This document shows, one piece after another, positions 52,896 through 63,346 of a stretch of 64,000 nt of DNA (the first letter of the stretch is position 1; each line of letters opens with the position of its first letter). The notes beneath the pieces were generated by a model that saw only the letters and a list, made by a program, of their open reading frames with translations, ran no database searches and was not told where the DNA came from. Source of the DNA: Lama guanicoe (Eukaryota). The stretch spans positions 1,869,793 through 1,933,792 of the forward strand of contig MU053493.1 of the NCBI GenBank assembly GCA_013239625.1. The letters are read 5' to 3'. Both the position numbers and the translations under genes were made by a program.

Positions 52896-53804
52896 TCATC
52901 TCGTTAGAACTACAGTGGGTTCACTGTGGTAGGTATTCAAAGCCTTGCACTAATTTAAATTTCTGTTGTCATCCCCAAAGAATGACATCATCCCCTGTGA
53001 CTTCAAACCCCGGGACCAGATTGAAGGGGAGACTCCGCAGCAGCACAGCTGTTCAGGAAGCGCTCCCAGCCCTTCTGCTCCCGGGAGGAAGCCACTGCTG
53101 TGGTTTTGAAAGGAGCCGAGAAATTCCCTTATAACTGCTTCTGTCTTCAGCCAAAATGGAGGGAGGAAAGGGATTTGGATGGATGTTTCAGGCCAGCACA
53201 TCCCCGTCCTCTTGTCCCACCCCAGGCTCCCCATCCCTGGTCATCATCTGCCTGACCTTGAGTTGCTGATCCAGCCCGGGGGGCCTTGCCCTCCTGGTGC
53301 CCTTGAATCTGAGGGCCTTCCTTTCTCCCCAGTTTGTATCTGCAGAACGTCCTCTGTTCAAGGGGAGGGTGAAACTTGATGGCCTCTTTTCTGTTCTGTT
53401 TCCGAAACCATGATGCCCCGGGAGGAGGTGTGGACTGGGAACCCCGGCAGAGAAGATGCCAGGTGGCCTGCCTCCTCTCTCTTTCCTTTAATCTCTCCTC
53501 ATTCCTCCCCCGCGCACACCCACCTCTTCGGAAAGTGTCCCCAAATACCGGTTCTGCCGCTAGTGGGTCAGGCTTTGTTGTGGGGAAATACATATTCATG
53601 AGGACTTTCAGGGGTTTATTGAAATGCCGATAGCCTCTCCTCGCTTTATTTGGCCAACTGTGATGTTAAGGCGGTCACCACGTGATGCAAGACTAAAGAC
53701 ACGTTTTAATTACTTGTGTCGGGTAATTTCTGATCATCTCATTAGAACTACAATCAGCTTGCTGTGACAGGTATTCAAAGCCTTGCGCTCATTTAAATTT
53801 CTGT
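52896..53804. repeat. Two ungapped direct copies of a 71-bp element (52896-52966 and 53734-53804)
   Basis: 60/71 identities by manual alignment; both contain AGGTATTCAAAGCCTTGC and ATTTAAATTTCTGT. Confidence 0.9.
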
Positions 53805-53949
53805 GCTTGCAAGAGCTCTCTCTACATGAGCGCCCCGGATCATTTCTGAAACCAAAGTAATTTTCTCTTTTCTTCGGTTTTATTCCAGAAAGATTTCATC
53901 ACTGGGAGGTTTTCCAGGACATCACCAAACCGCTCTTTTTCGGTAAGAA

Positions 53950-54260
53950 AGAGGAGGGCATCTCGCGTGGCATGACGTTTTGCTTCTGACGTGTGTGACA
54001 CGGGCCGTTTTACTGGAGGGACGTTGCCCTCGGCATGGGACTGGGCATTGTCCTAGTTTTTACTCCTGGGCAGCTGTGTCACGTGTAATCGGTACTAACC
54101 TGAGCACATGGGGTCTGAAGCTGGGGTCTAAGTCACAGCTAACGGTCCGATGAGCACTGGAACCACTGGGGGGCGTTTCTGTTGCCTGGAATCGCCCCTC
54201 CCCTCCCCCGCCCGGTTCCCTCCCAAAGTGCGCATGCCCCGCCCCTCATTATACTGCGTG
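53950..54260. promoter_or_regulatory. Compact promoter-like element (CRE halves, X-box-like, E-box, MYB, GC boxes, NRF1-like)
   Basis: TGACG at 53973 and 53987; GTTGCCCTCGGCAT 54023; GTCACGTG 54078; TAACGG 54140; GTTGCCTGGAATC 54181; CCCCGCCC at 54206 and 54237; TGCGCATGCC 54229; retained CpGs. Confidence 0.6.
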
Positions 54261-54325
54261 CTTCTGTAAACCACAGTCCTCATGGGTTCCTTTACTTGGG
54301 TAACTCCTACTTAGATTCCTATTTA

Positions 54326-54483
54326 TTTATTTATTGGTTTTTTTGGAGGGGGTAATTAGGTTTATTTTTACTTCTGAAATTTATTTGTATATTTACTTAT
54401 TATTTAACAGAGGTGCTGGGAATTGAACCCAGGACCTCCTGCATGCTAAGCACCAGCTCTACCTCTGAGTTATCCTCTCCTGC
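54326..54483 (-). mobile_element. tRNA-derived SINE (Vic-1-like) with 17-bp TSD
   Basis: TSD ACTTAGATTCCTATTTA at 54309-54325 and 54484-54500. Confidence 0.95.
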
Positions 54484-54627
54484 ACTTAGATTCCTATTTA
54501 TATTGAAAGCAGCTACACACCAGCAGCAGTAGATCCCATTTGAAACCTTTCTCCATCAAACCTTTGTCTGTGACTAGTCTGCTGGAAGTCTACCATTTTG
54601 AAATATTAGGATTCCAATTGGAAGATG

Positions 54628-56714
54628 CTAACTCTGGTTAAAAAGAGTGCTCCTAAGGTGACCAGGAATGAGGGGTGGTGGCCCCATGGGTGAAGCTGTA
54701 TGGTGGCCCTGATCCCACACACCCACGGTTGGCACTTGGCTTGCTCTTGGCCCGAAGGACCTAAGGGAGCAGATTTGCACAGGTGTGTAGCCCAGGTGCC
54801 AGCCGAGCGACTGGTACAGGGGAAGTTTGGAGGAGATGGGTTCTGGGCTGAAGATGCTTTGAAAGACACCAGACGCTTGCTAGTAGGGGAGCTGGTGTGT
54901 GGGTTGGGGTAAGTTTGAAGAAGAGAATGTCGTCAGTAGTGAGGAAGCTGAGCCGGGTGTGGTGGGCATGAAGCCCAGAGCACGTCTGAGCATCTGGTGG
55001 ATTCCGTGGGTCCTTATGCATTCAAGGGAAGGAGTATCTGCCAGTTGGATGGGCGATGCTGGGCATCTGTCCAAGGTGTCATAGGTAGGGTGGCTTTGGG
55101 ACTCCCAAAGGAGAGGTGCATTCCCAGTGGGGAAGCTCTGTGCCAATTCTGAGGATGAAGATGACCACCAGTGGAGATGAGATCCTGGAGGGTCAAGACA
55201 TGGTTCAGAACCATTGTTTGGCCTCTGGGACAGCAGAACACAGGCCTTGCTGCTTGGAGCTGCTGGGAGACCACCGTTTTGTAAAGCAGGGTAACTGCAC
55301 TTATCATACTTGCTAACCCAGCATCTAGGTAGCTGCTGTTAGTCACTGTGCTTTGCTTGGGTGCGAATTCCCTCACATCACATTGGGGGACGTTCTTGTC
55401 ACAACTGTCCTGGGTGGATTCCACAGTGGCTTTGTGGGTGTTGGGGTGAAGTACATTCATAAGGCACCTAGAAGATGCAGAACAGTCAGCTCCCTCCAAG
55501 GAAATGGAGTGGGTCACTTCACAAGAGTGGCCTGATTTTTCATGGGTTTTGGGCATAAGAATAGATGAGTATTTTTTTGACCTTTGTCAGTTGTCAGTCT
55601 TTAAAGGTTGTGAATTTACTTTTGTGCCCACAACAGGGCCTTTTCTATCCCATTTGACTTTCTGTTTAGAGTCATAAGCAGCCTTAAATGCAGTAGATGC
55701 GTCGACCCATCCTCTGTGAAAATGGTAAAGAAGTTTGGGGGGATTCTTGAAAGGGAAGTGCTTTGGATTGTTGGCTGTAAGGGCAGCTGGTGAAGGGAGG
55801 CATTGCTGATGGGGAAGCAGTCTCGCCGATTACAGTGAAATTCTGACCTCCTGGGAGCCCAGGCCACCCAACTCCATCCACCTTCCAGGGACTGTCCACC
55901 ATGGAACTGGCTTCTTGAAGATTTTCTTTAAGGAAACTGGAATTGTCATGGCATTCTGATGGAACCATGGGGCAGTTCTGTTTGTGCCTCTACGGTAGAA
56001 GGTATTTTCTTCTTCTGAGCCCAGAAAAGACCTAGTGAATTTTTATATATCCTGAAATGCCATTAGAGCATCAAAATCAATTGCAACTGACAAGAGGCTG
56101 AGGGCCCTTGCCAGCCGTGCTCACCCATCTGCGGTGTAATGGGCCCGTCGTTTAAGTGAATATACTCATCAGGGTTTTCTTCCCTGCAGAAAAGCATATT
56201 TCTTCTGTGACAGAAAATTGGCACTGAAATGGATATTTTTTAAATGTCAGTGATCCAAGAATGAATCTCTGTAAGATGAACTTGGGAGGGAAGAGACCTG
56301 GGTTTGTTTGTTTTTCTGCTGCAAACAAGCTTTTCTGTAACTTCAGAATACTCACGCTCAGAATGTGTCCGCTGTCTTTTCCCAGGATAACTCTGTGAAT
56401 ATGTTTGCACAGTTTAGGTTTGGGGCTGCGTCCTATTTTTTTAGCCCCTCACTGGGAGAATGAAATCCTAGGCCTCCCTATTCCTATGATATCTCTGTTC
56501 TACAGGCCCTTGATCTGTGAAATGCATGAATCAGCATTATATAAATTCCAGTGATTATCCTGAGGGAACGTGGGAGGGATTAAGAAGCTGTATTTAAATT
56601 ATGGTCAAGGCCCAGAAGAATACGTCAAGTTAGACGATGTCGTGTTGGTGAAAATGGCTGCCTAGTAGGGTGTTAGCATGCCCTTGGCCAAGGATGTTCC
56701 TAAAATGTAAGATC
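54628..56714 (-). pseudogene. Candidate decayed multi-exon protein-coding gene (unidentified)
   Basis: Minus-strand exons ~56714-56624, 56514-56356 and 56183-56125 plus a long exon from 56051; long reading frames with few stops (see findings). Confidence 0.45.
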
Positions 56715-57186
56715 CTAAGAGAAGCAGAGAAGCTCCCAGATACCAGGCATTGGAAGAAAACACAAAGTGGAGTGAAGGGAAAGCTGGCATAGGAGAGGGG
56801 TGGGGAGTTTCCTGACAGGGAGCTACAATTAAGATTTGTGATGTCTGAGTAGGGAGAGACTGAATGGGACCGGTGGGACACCCTGTAACAAACTCCCATG
56901 TGTCCAGGAACCCAGGAGATGGCAGGCGTGTTACTGACCAAGTGGGAAATGATGCAAGACAGGTGGTTGTCCACATGGGAAAAGATCAGATGAGATCCCT
57001 ACCTCACCGCATACACATGAGTAAATGCCGATAGAATTCAAGGTCAAAATGATGAGCAAGATGTTAAAATCCATAGAAGAGATTTTCCATGTGCCCTCAA
57101 GGTGGGAAAAGGCAAGACCCACGTACGTGAGCATGGACCCATCATAAAAGACTGGTTAGTTGAACATTAATACCAGCACCTTCTTT

Positions 57187-58798
57187 TTTTTTTTATTGAG
57201 TTACAGTCATTTTACAATGTTGTGTCAAATTCCAGAGCAGAGCACAATTTTTCAATTATGCATGAACATACATATATTCATTGTCACTTTGTTTTTTCAC
57301 TGTGAGCTACCACAAGATCTTGTATAATATTTCCCTGCACAGTATAATCTTGTTTATCTATTCTGCATATGCTTGTCAGTATCTACAAATTTTGAAATCC
57401 CAGTCTGTCCCTTCCCACCCCCTGCCCCTTGGCAACCACAAGTTTGTATTGTATGTCTACAAGTCTATTTCTGTTTTGTATTTATGTTCATTTTTTTTTC
57501 TTTTTAGATTCCAAATATGAGTGATCTCATATGTATTTTCTCTTTCTGACTTACTTCACTTAGAATGGCATTCTCCAGGAACATCCATGCTGCTGCGAAT
57601 GGTGTTATGTTGTCATTTTTATGGCCAAATAGTATTCCATTGTATAAATATACCACAACTTATTCACCCAGTCATCTGTTTATGGACACTTAGGCTGTTT
57701 CCATGTCTTGGCTATTGTAAATAGTGCTGCTATGAACATTGGGGTGCAGGTGTCATCCTGAAGTAGGGTTCCTTCTGGATATACGCCCAGGAACGGGATT
57801 CCTGGGTCATATGGTAAGTCTATTCTAGTCTTTTGAGGAATCTCCATACTGTTTTTCACAGTGGCTGCACCAAACTGCATTCCAACCAGCAGTGTAGGAG
57901 AGTTCCCTTTTCTCCACAGCCTCCCCAGCATTCATCATTTGTGGACTTCTGAATGATGGCCATTCTGACTGGTGTGAGGTGATACCTCATTGTAGTTTTG
58001 ATTTGCATTTCTCTGATAATTAGTGATATTGAGCATTTTTTCATGTGCCTATTGATCATTTGTATTTCTTCCTTGAAGAATTGCTTGTTTAGGTCTTCTG
58101 CCCACTTTTGGATTGGGTTGTTTGGTTTTTTCTTATAATGTCATATGAGCTGCTTATATATCCTGAAGATCAAGCCTTTGTTGGTTTCATCATTTGCAAA
58201 AATTTTCTCCCATTTCGTAGGTTGTCGTTTTGTTTTACTTATGGTTTCCTTTGCTGTGCAGAAGCTTGTAAGTTTAATTAGGTCCCATTTGTTTATTCTT
58301 GCTTTTATTTCTATTGCTTGGGTAGACTGCCCTAGGAGAACATTTTTGAGATGTATGTCAGATAATGTTTTGCCTATATTTTCTTCTAGGAGGTTTATTG
58401 TATCTTGTCTTATGTTTAAGTCTTTGATCCATTTTGAGTTTATTTTTGTGTATGGTGTAAGGGAGTATTATTCTAGCTTCATTGCTTTACATGCTGCTGT
58501 CCAGTTCTCCGAACACCATTTGCTTTATTCCATTGTATATTCTTGCCTCCTTTGTCGAAGATTAGTTGGCCAAAAGTTTATGGGTTCATTTCTGGGCTCT
58601 CTATTCTGTTCCATTGGTCCATATGTCTGTTTTTGTACCAATACCATGCTGTCTTGATGACTGTAGCTCTATAGTATTGTCTGAAGTCTGGGAGAGTTAT
58701 TCATCCAGACTGTTTCTTTCTCTTCAGTAATGCTTTGGCAATTCTAGGCCTTTGTGATTCCATATAAATTTTATTATAATTTGTTCTAGTTCTGTGAA
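57187..58798 (-). mobile_element. Young 5'-truncated L1 (ORF2 C-terminus + 3'UTR) inserted in an older + strand L1M fragment (~56900-58980)
   Basis: TSD CAGCACCTTCTTT at 57174-57186 and 58799-58811; minus ORFs 57856..58059 ([30 protein letters not shown]) and 57680..57931. Confidence 0.95.
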
Positions 58799-59279
58799 CA
58801 GCACCTTCTTTAAGCGAAGGGACACTAGATAACATTTAAAGCAAATTGCCTCCTAGAATAAATATCTGTGATATGTTTGCCAGAAGGGATTAGTATTCTG
58901 TCTGAATAAAGAATTCTTTCAGATCAATAAGAAAAAACAACACAGTTGAAAAAAACAGGCCAATACTAAGAAGAAGAGAGGGTAGGGGTGATACCATTGT
59001 AAAACCTGAACGGTGTATTTGTGGAGGTTTGTTACATCATCCTCTCCACTTGCTTCTGTGTGTTTGATAAGTTGGGAGAAGAAGAGGTTCTGTGAAACAC
59101 CTCAGCGTCTGCCCACACACCCTCCCTGCCCTTCTGTCCTGGGTCCCTCGGGCAAAGCTCTTTTGTTCCTTTTTATTAGCTCACCCTCTCAGTCGCTGTA
59201 ATCACTGGCTTCCTAGGCTTACTGCTGTACAGACCATTCTGCGTTGCCCTCTTCATTGAAATGGTTAGAACTTCTGTTT

Positions 59280-59900
59280 TCCTTTGGCTTTATTGCCATA
59301 TAACTGGTCTACCAAAACAGTGCATGTTGTTAATGCATGCAACTTAATACACTTGAACAGGTGGGTACACCTGTGGAACCATCACCACGATTCAGGGAAT
59401 GAGCAGACCCAACACGTCCAGAAGTTTTCTCCTGTCCCTTTGTTTTTTCTTTGTTTGTTTTATAGTGAAAACACTTAACGTGAAATCTGCCTTCTTTAAA
59501 AAATGTGTAAGTGCATAGTATTCCTAGTGATTAACTATGGGTGCTAGGTTGTATTGGTAGGTCTCTAGAACGTATGCATCTTGCATAACTGAAACTTCGT
59601 ATCCCTTGAAGGACAACTCCTCATCTGCCCTCCCCCAGCCCCTGGCAACCTCCGTTTCAGTATCTACTTCTGTACCACTGACTATTGTAGATGCCCGTGT
59701 CAGACGAATCACGCAAGAGTCTTCCTTCTGCAACTGGCTTATCTCACATAGCATAATGTCTTCCAGATCCATCCATGCTGTTGCAGATGGTAGGATCTCC
59801 TCCTTTGTAAGCACTGAGTAATATTCCAGCATATGTGTAGACCACATTGTCCCTATGCATTCATCTGTCTATTGGACACATGGGTGATGTCCATGTCTTG
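59280..59900 (-). mobile_element. L1MA-like 3' fragment
   Basis: Minus ORF 59524..59847 (EYYSVLTKEEILPSATAWMDLEDIML). Confidence 0.85.
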
Positions 59901-60429
59901 GCAGAGTGAGCTGAGCTTTGCATGTTGGTCTGGGTCTTCCTTCTACAGTAGCGTCTACACAGCATCTGCTCTTTTTAGCTCTGTGTGGCTGTTCCCTCTT
60001 CTATAGGCTTTTATCTATCTTGACAGACATGGCTCCTGGGCTCCTGTTTGTTGGTGGGGTCTTAGCTAGACATTTCAGCCACATTTAAGCCTGTCTGTGC
60101 TTTCCTGCCTGACCACTGATTGCTCTGTAGACTTGGATACCTGCCTATCCCACGTCCTTCCCAGTGTCTGGTCCAGCACCTCATGTATCATAGATGCTTG
60201 GGAAGTCTGTGATCTTTAAGATCCAAAATTCTTCTTATACTTTCAGAGGCTCATTTTCCTTGTCTGTAAACTGGAGACTTGTGACTTCAGGGGTGATCAT
60301 GGGAAGGCACTGCGTCATGGGTGGGGAGGGCAGAGCACCTAATAGCTCCCCATTATCATCAGTTTCCTTCCCTGGAGCAGGAAGAGAGAGGACACAGAGC
60401 TGGCCGTTTGGATTTGCTTTCCAACTTGG

Positions 60430-60490
60430 GGTGTGTGTGTGTATGTGTGTGTGTGTATGTCTGTGTGTGTGTGTGTGCCTGTGTATATGT
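60430..60490 (+). repeat. Imperfect (TG)n microsatellite
   Basis: Direct observation. Confidence 0.9.
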
Positions 60491-61537
60491 ATTCAAGTAC
60501 TGGAAAATGTCTGCTGTGACACCAACTTGTTTTTTTCAAGTTGCACATTAGGAGAGGAAAAATTCATCTACACCTTTTTTAAAAGATGAAAAATGTGTTA
60601 AGAAAAATAGCGCTCTGAGCTGCTACTAGGTTGAGCCCAACATAATTAGTGTGATTAAATTAAAGGAGGTTAGTCATTTCTGTATGTAATTTTTTATTAA
60701 TGATATTCAGATCTAATTAATGAGATTCAGTTCTAATTAATTCCATGAGTCTGCTCACTGGCATTCTCAAACCGTGCATGTTCTGTGGAGTCCCACAGGA
60801 GATGTTCCTGAAAATAGTAGCGTGCGTTCAGATCAGGCTGGGACACACTGTCCTGCCCCTTCTTGGAGTCCCATAGTGTCCTGTTAAAGGCCTTGAGAAG
60901 TCCTGCAAGAAAGCACCTCATTTAATTCTGTTTAACGCGTCATTCTCCAAACTTATTTTTACCACGTGTGCTTCTAGATACACCAGGAGATGCTAACTGA
61001 AGTCAAAACAGTTCTTATACCCTAGCTCGGACTGGGACTGGTTGATGAGCAGCGTGTTTCTGGAGACATTCCTGAAGTCTCCCCAAGAGACAGTGCTGGG
61101 GTCTCCTCTTTTGGGACAGATTATACTGCAAAGAGTTTTGTTCTTATCCAGTCAGTGGTGGCCACAGATTAATCTTGGGCAAGTCACTTAATCTCCTTCG
61201 ATCAGTTTACACCTCTGCAGGGAAAAATTGGGGGCAGGGGGGCTGTCATGGTGAAAGGTAGTACTTGGAAGTGCCCCCTCTGCTCCTGTCCCTGCCCACT
61301 TTGGGGCAGACACTCCGATTTACCAGGAAGGCTGTGTCATTGACTGTGTCCTGGCCTCAGGGGTCAGATCTGGGACTTCAGGGAGAGGGCACCACTCCCC
61401 TGCTGCCAGCAATGTCTTTACAGGAGGTTTCAAAGGGAGCCCCCAACCTCCACTTTGATGATCAGCCACTTGGGGAAGTGTCGAGTGTGTTGGCTGGACA
61501 CCCTGAGTGTTCAGGGGGGTTAAGGATGGACCCTGGT

Positions 61538-61815
61538 CAGACACACATAGAAAACAAACTTATGGTTACCGAAAGATGAAAGGGGCGAGAAGGGATAAAT
61601 TAGGAGTTTGGGATTAATAGATACACACTACTATATATAAAATAAACAACAAGGTCCCACTCTATAGCACAGGGAAGTATATTTAATAGCTTGTAATAAC
61701 CTATAATGAAAAAGAATATGAAAATAAATACATATATAACTGAATCACTATACTGTATGCCAGAAATTAACACAACGTTGTAAATCAGCCATAATTCAAT
61801 TTAAAAATTTTTTTT
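61538..61815 (+). mobile_element. L1 3' end fragment
   Basis: cagacacacatagaaaacaaacttatggttacc...gggataaattaggagtttgggatta. Confidence 0.85.
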
Positions 61816-62559
61816 TGAAAAGAACTGACCCTGGGGAGAGGTGACCCATCAGTGTAGTAGGTTGTGCAGGAGGAAGTGAGGCTGGACCTATCATTTCGAA
61901 GGGCGAGGATACATCTCTGGGAGAGAGAGGGAGGGAGGCAGGGCATTGTTGGCAGATGGAAGCACGTATATGACCGAAGCGTGGAGACAGGAGGCAGGGT
62001 CTGGGGAGTCATTCGGTGACCTGGCCTGATGGAGAGGCAAGAGGATGAGGTAGCAGAGGCCAGATGGTCCTGTTTAGATGGACATGCAGACCCCCTGACA
62101 GATTTTCACTGGAAGGCTGACACCATAGATGAGTGTGGAAGGCAGGCATGGAGGGGAGGCCCGCTGGGGAGAGACGATGAGGCCAGAGTAGAGGCTGGTA
62201 GGGATGGAGGAGGGCCGGAGGTGAGACCCTGAATGGGGAGAGCTGTGTGCAGGTCCAGGAGAGGGGGTGGTCCATGGCGACAGGAGGGGGGGACTCGGGG
62301 GAGGGAAGATCATCTTCAAGGGGGAAAGAGTTGTTGCATTCCTCTTTCAGGAAGGATGAAGGGCCTTTTGAGGGGTGGGTGGGAACCAGGGAGTCATCCC
62401 CTAGCCATACTGGCTGAGGCCACGGATGTACACAGACCCTGTGGGAGTGGACGGCTGAGCAGGGGAGGGGGCGGCCAGAGAGCCTCTGGGGCCCAGCCCT
62501 GCTTTGATGGAAAGTTGTGACCTGAAATTTCTTTGTTCAGTCGTTCAGTAAAGGACTTG

Positions 62560-62730
62560 GGGAGTGGGGAATGAGGAGTGAGTGTTTAACGGGTCTGGAG
62601 TTCAGTTTTGCAAGATGCAAGGAATTCTGGGATTGGATGGACTTCACACCATGGAACTGTCCACTTAGAAATGGTCGGAATGATAAATTGTATGTTATGT
62701 TGATTTTACCACAATTTAAAAAATGAAAGA
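62560..62730 (+). mobile_element. L1MB 3' end fragment
   Basis: ggggaatgaggagtgagtgtttaacggg...ttttaccacaatttaaaaaa. Confidence 0.75.
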
Positions 62731-63346
62731 GAGGAAGAGCCCAGCACCATATCTAGTAAACACTCACTGGAGGATATTATTAAAAACACAGAGCCCGTCT
62801 CAGAGACACTCAGTACCTATAAATTCTACCTACAGTTATTCTTCACACTCTTGAGTTTCTGCTGTCCATCCCACCATTCCGGGACTTGGCTTCCGGCCTC
62901 TCCTCTCCTGTTAATCTCCTCCAAATGTCGCTGTGTCTCTGTCCTCCGCCTGTGGAAAGCTGTTCTCCAGAGTGGTTTTTACTAAGAGAGAGTTGTGTGC
63001 ATGAGTCAGGTGTGTGTGTGTGTCGGGGAGGCTGGCTGGATCCTCTGTCCAGATGCTGGACTATCTAAAGTGATCTCAGCCTGGAGACCCTCCCCAAGTG
63101 TCCTGAACCCCGTAGTGCACCAGCCAGGAAGCCTGACTCATAGAAATTAAGGCAGTGTTCCTGGTATTGTGACAGCAGGCAGAGCCCCAGATAGAATGTG
63201 ACGAAAAACCTTAAAGGATGTGCTCCTGCCCATAATATGATGCCTTCTCTAGTCTCACCTCCTTCCCTATAACAATCCCCGCCCTATGACTTATTAACAG
63301 AAGTGACTAAAAGTGATCAGAGGGGGAGGCTTTGGAGATTCACTTA

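Noticed and set aside
52896..52966. 71-bp repeat as a snoRNA or miRNA
   Set aside because: No convincing C/D or H/ACA boxes; the ACAGTG/CACTGT hairpin of copy 1 is not preserved in copy 2
56356..56714. Assignment of the decayed exons to a T-box or other named transcription-factor family
   Set aside because: Only vague resemblance; diagnostic motifs and exon order did not match, so no gene symbol is given
58145..58657. 170-aa hydrophobic + strand ORF
   Set aside because: Antisense translation of A-rich L1 ORF2
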